DNA from: a virus
Taxonomy: Duplodnaviria > Caudoviricetes
Virus record (IMG/VR): IMGVR_UViG_3300025632_000075
Span: 1-24,206 of that record
DNA length: 24,206 nt
Reading direction: 5' to 3' (one strand)
Shown piece by piece: positions 1-6,933 of this stretch; position 1 is the stretch's first letter, and each line of letters begins with the position of its first letter. A program made the position numbers and the translations under genes. A model generated the notes under the pieces. It did no database searches and was not told the origin of the DNA. It saw only the letters and a list, made by a program, of their open reading frames with translations.

Positions 1-1
1 T

Positions 2-163
2 GTCGGGTACGGACACACTTTTGTAAACAACTACGGTACGTTGTTCTATAAAGCCTGCTACTACGACTGTGGCGCACCGGGCGGAAAGAACGGCCAATGG
101 TACGATGAACGGCACGTTGTCCACCCAGACGCTTACTGCCCTGCGAGGTATATGGACACATGA
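2..163 (+). CDS. 3' end of a small Cys-containing hypothetical phage protein (truncated by the window edge; not in the ORF track)
   Basis: Frame 2 is open from base 2 to TGA at 161-163 (VGYGHTFVNNYGTLFYKACYYDCGAPGGKNGQWYDERHVVHPDAYCPARYMDT*). The stop overlaps the next ATG as ATGA. Confidence 0.7.
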   Translation, partial: VGYGHTFVNNYGTLFYKACYYDCGAPGGKNGQWYDERHVVHPDAYCPARYMDT

Positions 164-633
164 TTGATCCTATTACAGCCGTTGGCCTCGCTACTTCCGC
201 CTATAACGCTATCAAACAGGGCATTGCCGTAGGCCGTGAGCTGCAAGATATTACGGGTCAGCTTGGTCAGTGGGGCAAGGCTTGCAGCGATTTTGCCTTT
301 GCGGAAGAGCAGATCAAGAACCCTCCTTGGTATAAATTTAAAGGATCAGACACGCATAGCGCCATCGAAATCTTTGCGCAAAGAAAAAAGATGTCCGAAA
401 TGCGCAATGAAATCAAGAGCTTCATCAGTTTTCAGTACGGACCATCCGCTTGGGAAGAAGTGCTACAAATCGAAGCCCAGATGCGCAAAAAGCGCAAAGA
501 AGAAATTTACAGGAAAGAAGAGTTTAAACGCGCCTTAATAGAGTGGACTGTAGGCATCTTGCTCGTGCTTTCAGGCATCATTGGTTTGGCTATTGTACTG
601 TATTTCATGGGTAGAAGTCAGGGGAAGTGGTGA
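160..633 (+). CDS. Hypothetical phage membrane protein with a helical N-terminus and one C-terminal TM helix
   Basis: 157 aa ORF preceded by GAGG. Hydrophobic segment WTVGILLVLSGIIGLAIVLYFM follows a basic stretch. Coupled to both neighbours (ATGA, TGATG). Confidence 0.85.
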   Translation: MIDPITAVGLATSAYNAIKQGIAVGRELQDITGQLGQWGKACSDFAFAEEQIKNPPWYKFKGSDTHSAIEIFAQRKKMSEMRNEIKSFISFQYGPSAWEEVLQIEAQMRKKRKEEIYRKEEFKRALIEWTVGILLVLSGIIGLAIVLYFMGRSQGKW

Positions 634-797
634 TGTGGTTTTTGGTATGGTTCCAAGTTATGAATAACAACATTGAGCATTATCAACTTAATCAGTTTAC
701 CACTGAGAACGAGTGTAGAGAAGCTCTTGAAGATGCAAAAGTCTTGATAACCACCAGTCAAACTACGGTGTATTGCTTTGAGGTTATACCAAAATAA
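633..797 (+). CDS. 54-aa small protein with a hydrophobic N-terminus and two Cys (not in the ORF track)
   Basis: The ATG overlaps the previous TGA (TGATG). Translation: MWFLVWFQVMNNNIEHYQLNQFTTENECREALEDAKVLITTSQTTVYCFEVIPK*. It fills an otherwise empty gap in a tightly packed operon. Confidence 0.75.
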   Translation: MWFLVWFQVMNNNIEHYQLNQFTTENECREALEDAKVLITTSQTTVYCFEVIPK

Positions 798-903
798 ACA
801 AGGAAAATACGTTGTATATGACAAATCAGGAAAGATCGTTATAATAACGTCAGACAAGAGAGTAGCAGAGACATCTGCAAGGAGTATAGAAGATGCCGAA
901 TGA
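778..903 (+). CDS. 41-aa small basic hypothetical protein (TTG start; not in the ORF track)
   Basis: TTG at 778 to TGA at 901-903: MRLYQNKQGKYVVYDKSGKIVIITSDKRVAETSARSIEDAE*. Overlaps both neighbours and has a beta-hairpin-like pattern. The start codon is uncertain. Confidence 0.55.
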   Translation: MRLYQNKQGKYVVYDKSGKIVIITSDKRVAETSARSIEDAE

Positions 904-1222
904 GTATGATCTGAACGGGAATGGCAAGATTGATCCGGTTGAGCATGAGATCATGCTAGAGGATCGTCGTCGCCGTATGGAAGACGCAGACGCCAAGAGA
1001 GACGCACAGAGGCGCATGACGTGGTTTGCGTTGTCTGGTATGATCCTTTACCCTTTGGTCATCCTAGTGGCTTCTGTGGTGGGCTTAGACACCGCTGCAA
1101 AACTGATGGCTGAAATCGCGGCTGTGTATGTAATTGGCGCTTCAGGCATTGCTGCGGCGTACTTTGGTTTTAACGCAATGGAGAGTAAAAATGCTTCAAG
1201 CTCTGATCGGTCCAGTAGCTGA
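893..1222 (+). CDS. Holin/antiholin-like two-TM membrane protein with an N-terminal EF-hand-like loop
   Basis: AGGAG RBS upstream. DLNGNGKIDPVE fits the 12-residue EF-hand loop. Two hydrophobic helices (MTWFALSGMILYPLVILVASVVG; IAAVYVIGASGIAAAYFGF). Lies in the lysis cluster. Confidence 0.7.
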   Translation: MPNEYDLNGNGKIDPVEHEIMLEDRRRRMEDADAKRDAQRRMTWFALSGMILYPLVILVASVVGLDTAAKLMAEIAAVYVIGASGIAAAYFGFNAMESKNASSSDRSSS

Positions 1223-1583
1223 GTTAGCTGGCGGATGGCTAAAAGGTAAGGCCAGCGCACAGGCTGCGTCTGCAAACCTCAAGCTAGTTGAGGCAGAGGC
1301 TAAGGCTACCATAATGAAATCAGCCGCTACATCTGAGGCGGACTGGGAAAAGATTATGGCCCAAGGTACGCAGAACTCGTGGAAAGACGAGTATCTAGTG
1401 CTGCTGTTTTCTATTCCATTGATACTCAGCTTCTTGCCTTTTGATTGGGCAAAACAAGCGGTTACAGATGGTTTCGCTGCGTTGGACACGATGCCGGACT
1501 GGTACAGCTACACATTGGGAGTAATTGTAGCCAGCAGCTTCGCTGTAAGATCAGCGACAAAGTTCTTTGGCGGTAAGAAGTGA
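1191..1583 (+). CDS. Putative holin (resembles the 3TM/GTA-type holin family)
   Basis: Start re-assigned from 1134 to the ATG at 1191 (GGAG RBS; MLQALIGPVAELAGGWL). Contains SWKDEY followed by a TM helix, MPDWY, a second TM and a basic C-terminus (KFFGGKK). Two genes upstream of the endolysin. Confidence 0.7.
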   Translation: MLQALIGPVAELAGGWLKGKASAQAASANLKLVEAEAKATIMKSAATSEADWEKIMAQGTQNSWKDEYLVLLFSIPLILSFLPFDWAKQAVTDGFAALDTMPDWYSYTLGVIVASSFAVRSATKFFGGKK

Positions 1584-1948
1584 TGGAAAACCTAAAGTTA
1601 CCTGTAGCCCTTGTGGCAGCTATGGCCGTGCAGTTAGCGGCGGGTGTCTGGTGGGTCTCTCAGCAGGCGGCTACGATTGCCAGTCTTGAGGAGACTGTAG
1701 GCCAGATTGGTTCCAAGATGGCGATTGAGGACAACGTGAACCTGAAGCGGGACGTTCAAGACAACGCTATGGAGCTAGAATATGTTTTCGATGAGATTGA
1801 AGAAGTTTGGGACGAATTAGCTAACTTAGCTAATTCGATTGGTAGGGTGACGCAGTTGCAGCAACGTGTGGCTCTTTTAGAGAACGACATGAAATACATC
1901 CTGCGGGATCATGATGGTATGATTAATATGAAAGGCGGAATGGAATGA
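1580..1948 (+). CDS. N-terminally membrane-anchored coiled-coil protein (spanin-like topology, function unproven)
   Basis: N-terminal TM LPVALVAAMAVQLAAGVWWV followed by heptad-rich helices. Sits between holin and endolysin with GTGA/ATGA overlaps. The start may be the ATG at 1583. Confidence 0.7.
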   Translation: MMENLKLPVALVAAMAVQLAAGVWWVSQQAATIASLEETVGQIGSKMAIEDNVNLKRDVQDNAMELEYVFDEIEEVWDELANLANSIGRVTQLQQRVALLENDMKYILRDHDGMINMKGGME

Positions 1949-2400
1949 CTTTTAAACTATCACAGCGCAGTCTTGACCGAATGGAAGGCGTGGACGAGCG
2001 GTTAGTAGCCGTTGCAAAAGCAGCTATTGGGCACACAAAAACCGACTTTGGTGTAATCTGTGGACTAAGAACCATCGGAGAACAACGTGAGCTTGTCAAA
2101 AAGGGCGCATCGAAAACGATGAAGTCCAAACACATTGAGGGCCGCGCTCTTGACCTTTTAGCCTATGTTGGCTCGCGTGGATCGTGGGAATTGAATTTGT
2201 ACGATGACCTTGCGGATGCTGTGAAGCAGGGAGCTATTGACGTGGGGGTTGCTGTACGGTGGGGTGCGGCTTGGCATATTGACGACATACGAGAGTGGGA
2301 TGGCACAATGGAAGAGGCTATGAACGCCTATGTTGACTTGCGCCGTAGCCAAGGAAAACGTCCGTTTATCGACGGCCCACACTTTGAACTGATGGACTAA
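1945..2400 (+). CDS. Endolysin, peptidase M15 family (L-Ala-D-Glu peptidase, T5-endolysin-like)
   Basis: Motifs GLRT..EQ (catalytic Arg), SKH..GRALD (Zn ligands His/Asp), RWG..W and DGPHFEL (third Zn ligand). N-terminus FKLSQRSLDRMEGVD is typical of the family. Confidence 0.92.
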   Translation: MTFKLSQRSLDRMEGVDERLVAVAKAAIGHTKTDFGVICGLRTIGEQRELVKKGASKTMKSKHIEGRALDLLAYVGSRGSWELNLYDDLADAVKQGAIDVGVAVRWGAAWHIDDIREWDGTMEEAMNAYVDLRRSQGKRPFIDGPHFELMD

Positions 2401-2430
2401 CCGAACACTGGTGTAAATTTAACTTTTGTG

Positions 2431-2450
2431 TATAATCGCCTTAATAGGAG
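2431..2450 (+). promoter_or_regulatory. Perfect -10 hexamer (TATAAT) and AGGAG RBS ahead of the virion operon
   Basis: TATAAT at 2431-2436 in one of the few non-coding gaps, AGGAG at 2446-2450 and ATG at 2458. No convincing -35 (CTGGTG at 17-bp spacing). Confidence 0.45.
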
Positions 2451-2457
2451 ATTGCTG

Positions 2458-4572
2458 ATGCCGCTGACCAAACTTCAATTCCGCCCCGGTATCAACCGTG
2501 AAACCACGTCATATTCAAATGAGGGTGGGTGGTTTGATATGGACAAAGTGCGGTTCCGGTTTGGTTTTCCAGAAAAAATTGGCGGTTGGATCAAGCAGTC
2601 TTCTAATGCTTTTTTGGGGACATGTCGGGCGTTACACCCTTGGTTGGCCTTGGACGGGTCTAACTACTTGGGCGTTGGGACGCACCTGAAGTATTACATC
2701 AACGAAGGTGGCGGGTATAACGACATCACGCCTATCCGAACTACAACGGCGGCTGGAGACGTAACTTTTCTGGCAAACGCAAACACGCTAGGCGCAGATG
2801 TATCATTGCTTGATACAACTATAACGTTGTCGTCTAGTTCAGGTTTCCCCGAGTCGGGCCGGGTTCAAATAGATAGTGAAATACTAACGTATGCGGCGTT
2901 GTCCGGAAATGACCTAACGGGCTGTGTTCGAGGGGTGAACGGCACCACGGCGGCTACGCACACTTCAGGTGCCGACGTTGATTGCGCCACCTTGATAGTG
3001 ACGGATGAGGACCACGGGGCTTTAGTTAACGATTTTGTAACATATTCCGCCGCGGTTACTCTTGGCGGCGTAATAACCGCCGATGTTCTTAACCAAGAGT
3101 ACGAAGTCACACAGATTATAAACGACGATAATTACCAAATAGAAGCTCGCACGGTAAGTACAATCAACAGTATTACGACGACCACGGGGCTGGACGCCAC
3201 TTATGTTTTCGCCACAAGCGCAGACAGCGCCACGGGAGGTTCGGGTTGTATCGGCACGTACCAGATCAACACGGGTTTGGACACCACTATCGTTGGAAAC
3301 GGCTGGGGTGCAGGCACTTGGTCCCGTGGCGCGTGGGGGTCTAGCACTTCTTTGTCCGCTTCGGGCCAAACCCTTCGGATATGGTCGCACGACAACTTTG
3401 GCGAAGACCTTATTATTAACGTGCGCAACGCGGACATCTTTTATTGGGACAAGAGTAACGGTTTAAACACGCGGGCCGTGGAGCTTGCGTCGTTGCCCGG
3501 GGCTAACCGGGTGCCAACAATCGCGAAGCAGGTTCTTGTTTCGGACCGAGACCGTCATGTTATAGCCTTCGGGTGTGATTCTGAGGTTGAACCGGGGGTT
3601 CAGGACCCTCTTTTGATTAGGTTTTCGGACCAAGAAAACGTCACTCAGTGGCAGTCTTTGGCCACTAATACGGCTGGTGATTTACGGATCGGATCGGGTT
3701 CTGAGATTGTGACCGCCATTGAAACGCGGCAACAAGTGCTGGTATTTACGGATGTTTCGCTTCACGCGATGCAGTATTTAGGGCCGCCATTTACGTTTGG
3801 CATTAACGAAATATCTACAAACGTGACTATTGCGGGCCCGTTGTCCGCGATTGCTGTTGAGGACCAAGTGTTCTGGATGGGCGCGGAAGAGTTCTATGTT
3901 TATGGCGGTTCTGTTCAGCGCCTTCCTTGCTCGGTCCGTGATTACGTGTTCAGCAACATAAACAGTGACCAGTTGCAAAAGGTCACGGCTTCTACAAACA
4001 CGGCTTTTTCGGAGGTTACGTGGTATTACCCTTCGTCTTCTAGCAATGAAAACGACAGCTACGTTAGCTATAACTACCAGCAGCAAATTTGGTATTACGG
4101 CACTCTTTCCCGGACGGTTTGGCTTGACCGCGGGGTTAATTCGGACCCTATTGCGGCGGGATCGGACCATTATCTGTACTTCCAAGAGATTGGCTTTGAC
4201 GACGGCAGCACGTCTCCGGCCAGTGCTATTTCTTCTTATATTGAAAGCAGTCAGATGAGTTTGGGTGAGGGCGAACAGTTTGTCTTTATGAAGAGGCTTA
4301 TTCCTGACCTAACCTTCCGGGACTCCTCTAACCCCACGCCTACGGCAACGATGACGCTGAAGGTTCGTAACTTCCCGGGCTCAAATTATTCCAACTCCAA
4401 CAGCAATACGGTGGCTAAAACGGCTTCTGTTCCTGTCGAGCAATTTACAGATCAAGTGTTTGTAAGGCTTCGGGGACGTTCGTTTGCGTTTAGGATAGAT
4501 ACGGACGATACGGGAGTGGGCTGGCGGCTCGGCTCTCCTCGGGTGGAAGTTAGACCCGACGGGAGGCGCTAG
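2458..4572 (+). CDS. Virion tail hub/nozzle-like protein (P22 gp10 / tail tubular B-like beta-propeller, inferred) with inserted beta-rich modules
   Basis: Start re-assigned to 2458 (AGGAG RBS; MPLTKLQFRPGINRE). 704 aa and beta-rich, with propeller-like repeats (LLIRFSDQE, VFWMG, VTWYYP, IWYYG) and C-terminal WRLG..R...RPDGRR. Placed just before the internal-protein genes. Confidence 0.7.
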   Translation: MPLTKLQFRPGINRETTSYSNEGGWFDMDKVRFRFGFPEKIGGWIKQSSNAFLGTCRALHPWLALDGSNYLGVGTHLKYYINEGGGYNDITPIRTTTAAGDVTFLANANTLGADVSLLDTTITLSSSSGFPESGRVQIDSEILTYAALSGNDLTGCVRGVNGTTAATHTSGADVDCATLIVTDEDHGALVNDFVTYSAAVTLGGVITADVLNQEYEVTQIINDDNYQIEARTVSTINSITTTTGLDATYVFATSADSATGGSGCIGTYQINTGLDTTIVGNGWGAGTWSRGAWGSSTSLSASGQTLRIWSHDNFGEDLIINVRNADIFYWDKSNGLNTRAVELASLPGANRVPTIAKQVLVSDRDRHVIAFGCDSEVEPGVQDPLLIRFSDQENVTQWQSLATNTAGDLRIGSGSEIVTAIETRQQVLVFTDVSLHAMQYLGPPFTFGINEISTNVTIAGPLSAIAVEDQVFWMGAEEFYVYGGSVQRLPCSVRDYVFSNINSDQLQKVTASTNTAFSEVTWYYPSSSSNENDSYVSYNYQQQIWYYGTLSRTVWLDRGVNSDPIAAGSDHYLYFQEIGFDDGSTSPASAISSYIESSQMSLGEGEQFVFMKRLIPDLTFRDSSNPTPTATMTLKVRNFPGSNYSNSNSNTVAKTASVPVEQFTDQVFVRLRGRSFAFRIDTDDTGVGWRLGSPRVEVRPDGRR

Positions 4573-4868
4573 TGTCTAGGAATTTAAACCTACCTTATTT
4601 TCCTATTCCGCCGCAGGACTATGACCAGTCCTACTTTGCGGAGGTTTTGCGGTCTTATTCTGTTTACATGCAAAACATGCAAAACGCCGGAGAGGGCCGT
4701 AACACGTTTACCGTTTTCACGGCGCTTCAATCGGACGACAGCGGGCTAGAGCCCGGTGCCGTATTTGAACACGGGGGCCAACTTCGGGTTCCTTTAATCT
4801 ATTCCCCCTATGTTAGGGGATCACAAGCGACAGGCTCTGTCGGGACGGTAACGGTGACAATCACATGA
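4572..4868 (+). CDS. Small hypothetical virion-module protein
   Basis: GTG start overlapping TAG (TAGTG) with GGAGG upstream. 98 aa, with N-terminal P.PPQDYDQ.Y and C-terminal GSVGTVTVT. Confidence 0.8.
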   Translation: MSRNLNLPYFPIPPQDYDQSYFAEVLRSYSVYMQNMQNAGEGRNTFTVFTALQSDDSGLEPGAVFEHGGQLRVPLIYSPYVRGSQATGSVGTVTVTIT

Positions 4869-5095
4869 CGGATACTATTATTACAATGTCGGACGGCTCT
4901 AAATGGCGTCCATCGGCCAGCACAGACACGGTTCATTGCGCCAACTGTGAAAATGTTGTAGACTCTGCGGAAGAAATTGCGTCTTACCCTGACGGCATCT
5001 GCCCGGATTGCAACCAGAGTTGGACAGGTTCGGAAAAAAGAAGTACACATATTCAAGTTACAATGCCTGAAGGTATCATTGGTGGAGCGGGATAA
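4865..5095 (+). CDS. Small zinc-ribbon-like protein (CxxC...CxxC)
   Basis: 76 aa with HCANC and CPDC pairs. ATGA and TAATG overlaps with its neighbours. Confidence 0.8.
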   Translation: MTDTIITMSDGSKWRPSASTDTVHCANCENVVDSAEEIASYPDGICPDCNQSWTGSEKRSTHIQVTMPEGIIGGAG

Positions 5096-6933
5096 TGGCA
5101 GAAGCTGCAAACGAAATTGATGCAATGGAAGTCCCTGAAGGTGGTATTGCAGACTTTGTGATGTCGGACGCAGAAGCGGACGAGGTTTACGGCCCGGATG
5201 AAGACGGGACGGAAGAGTTTGGCGATGAGGGCATTGCTCAGTTTCCAGCTTTGACCAAAAAGATGGCGGCTATGGGCCGCGAAGGCGACGATACGATTGC
5301 TCACGTTCAAACGGGCGAGCTAATTATTCCGGCGGCATTTCTTGAAGACAATCCTGAAATGAAGGACACCATCTTTGCGTTTCTTGAGGCGCAAGGCATT
5401 GAAAACCCCGAGCGGTATGTTGTTGGTTCTGAGGAAAACAGCCTTAACCCCGACACAGGCGCTCCAGAGTTCTTTTTTAAATGGGTGAAAAAACTCGTTA
5501 AAGGCGTTGTTAAAGGCATTAAAAACGTCGTTAAAGGCGTAGTTAAAGTAGTCAAGAAAATTGCTCCGATTGTGTTGCCCATCATAGGCACCGCGTTCTT
5601 AGGGCCTATTTACGGCGCGGCACTGGGTTCAGGCATTGCAACGTTGATTAACGGCGGTAGTATAAAAGATGCTCTTAAATCGGGCCTAATAAGTGGCGCA
5701 ATGGGCGGCTTGTCGGCCGGTGCTGGTAGCATGATGAGCGGCAACGGCTTTATGACGGGCGTTCAAAACGCTGCGGCTTTGAGTAACGTGTCTGCTGGTA
5801 TGCAAGGAATCGGAAAAGCCCTAACAGGCGATTTCTCGGGCGCTTCTTTTGCTAACATGAAGGCGGGCCCAACGGCCGAAGGCGGCACGGCTTTTGCCGG
5901 TGCAGATGTGGCCTTAGACCCAGCGTTGGCTTCGCAACAAATTGCGGGCGCTGATACGGTAGCTGGCGCAACCAACGTGGGCACGGATGCAGTAGCTGGC
6001 GCAACCAACGTGGCCACGGACGGCGTAGCGTTGACCGCGGATCAGATCAAACAGCAAGCACTGGATATTAATACTTACAAGCCCCCCGGTTTTGGGGAAA
6101 GCATCAAACAAGCGTTTACTCCGGGTGACGGAGTAAGTTTTGGTGAAGGCATGAAAAATGCGTTTATGCCAAACGCGGGCGCTCCAACAGCGACGGATTT
6201 TTTAGTCAACAATGGAATTAATCCAATAAATGCTAGTGCGGCGCAACAAGCCGCTGCCCAACAGCTTGCGGGCGAGGCTAGTGCAGGCCTCATGCGTACA
6301 TACGGACCAGCAGCGTTGCTCGGAACAGCCGGTGTAGCGGCGGCGGGCGGATTTACCGCTCCGCCACAAGAGGAAGCGGGCGTTGTTGAGCGTGATGAAG
6401 ACGGAAACGTCATTACGGGCACCGACCTTGTTGAGGCCGATCCGTCACAGTATATGATTGCGGACCTTGGCAACAGAGTGTTAGACCCTGAAACAGGGAC
6501 TTACATAAGCAAGGCGGAAGCAGACCGTCGCGCTCGTGAAGAAGCAATGGGCGGCATAGCAAGTCTAAGCACGTACCAACCTCCGGAGATGAACTTAGGC
6601 ACACAGCCGGGTCAGCCTCAAATGCAAACGGCACAGCTTAATCCAAACGCATACTTCTTGCAGGGCAGCACTCCGAGCGGACCATTTGCCCGCCCATTCG
6701 TGGGCCAAACACTTGCTGATGGGGGACAAGTTTTCCCTCGTAGGAACGGTGGTATAATGCCTACTGAGGGTGTTCCAAACCAAGATAGCGTCCGAGCCAT
6801 GTTAATGCCGGGTGAATTTGTTATGACAACTGATGCTGTAAAAGGCTTGGGAAATGGCGACATGAACACTGGAATTAAAAACATGTACTCAGTAATGCGT
6901 AACCTTGAAAACCGAGGAAGGGCTACAGCGTAA
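5095..6933 (+). CDS. Putative internal virion / DNA ejection (pilot-like) protein
   Basis: 612 aa. Acidic N-terminus, GRxGD..AH..GE module, NPDTGAPEF, then a Lys/Val amphipathic helix and Gly-rich hydrophobic helices. C-terminal LADGG...DSVRAMLMPGEFV module resembles tape-measure protein C-termini. Confidence 0.7.
   Translation: MAEAANEIDAMEVPEGGIADFVMSDAEADEVYGPDEDGTEEFGDEGIAQFPALTKKMAAMGREGDDTIAHVQTGELIIPAAFLEDNPEMKDTIFAFLEAQGIENPERYVVGSEENSLNPDTGAPEFFFKWVKKLVKGVVKGIKNVVKGVVKVVKKIAPIVLPIIGTAFLGPIYGAALGSGIATLINGGSIKDALKSGLISGAMGGLSAGAGSMMSGNGFMTGVQNAAALSNVSAGMQGIGKALTGDFSGASFANMKAGPTAEGGTAFAGADVALDPALASQQIAGADTVAGATNVGTDAVAGATNVATDGVALTADQIKQQALDINTYKPPGFGESIKQAFTPGDGVSFGEGMKNAFMPNAGAPTATDFLVNNGINPINASAAQQAAAQQLAGEASAGLMRTYGPAALLGTAGVAAAGGFTAPPQEEAGVVERDEDGNVITGTDLVEADPSQYMIADLGNRVLDPETGTYISKAEADRRAREEAMGGIASLSTYQPPEMNLGTQPGQPQMQTAQLNPNAYFLQGSTPSGPFARPFVGQTLADGGQVFPRRNGGIMPTEGVPNQDSVRAMLMPGEFVMTTDAVKGLGNGDMNTGIKNMYSVMRNLENRGRATA
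5959..6029 (+). repeat. 33-nt tandem duplication encoding VAGATNV[GA]TD[AG]
   Basis: GTAGCTGGCGCAACCAACGTGG is exact at 5959 and 5992. A partial third copy (GTAGC) lies at 6025. Confidence 0.9.

Noticed and set aside
618-857. 79-aa minus-strand ORF in the track
   Set aside because: Opposite to the local gene direction. Two overlapping plus-strand micro-ORFs explain the region.
1580-1948. Definite Rz/Rz1 spanin pair
   Set aside because: The topology fits an i-spanin, but I found no nested or adjacent lipobox-containing o-spanin ORF, so no spanin name was assigned.
2405-2414. Short imperfect palindrome ACAC-TG-GTGT after the endolysin
   Set aside because: A 4-bp stem is expected by chance, cannot act as a terminator, and I saw no second copy.
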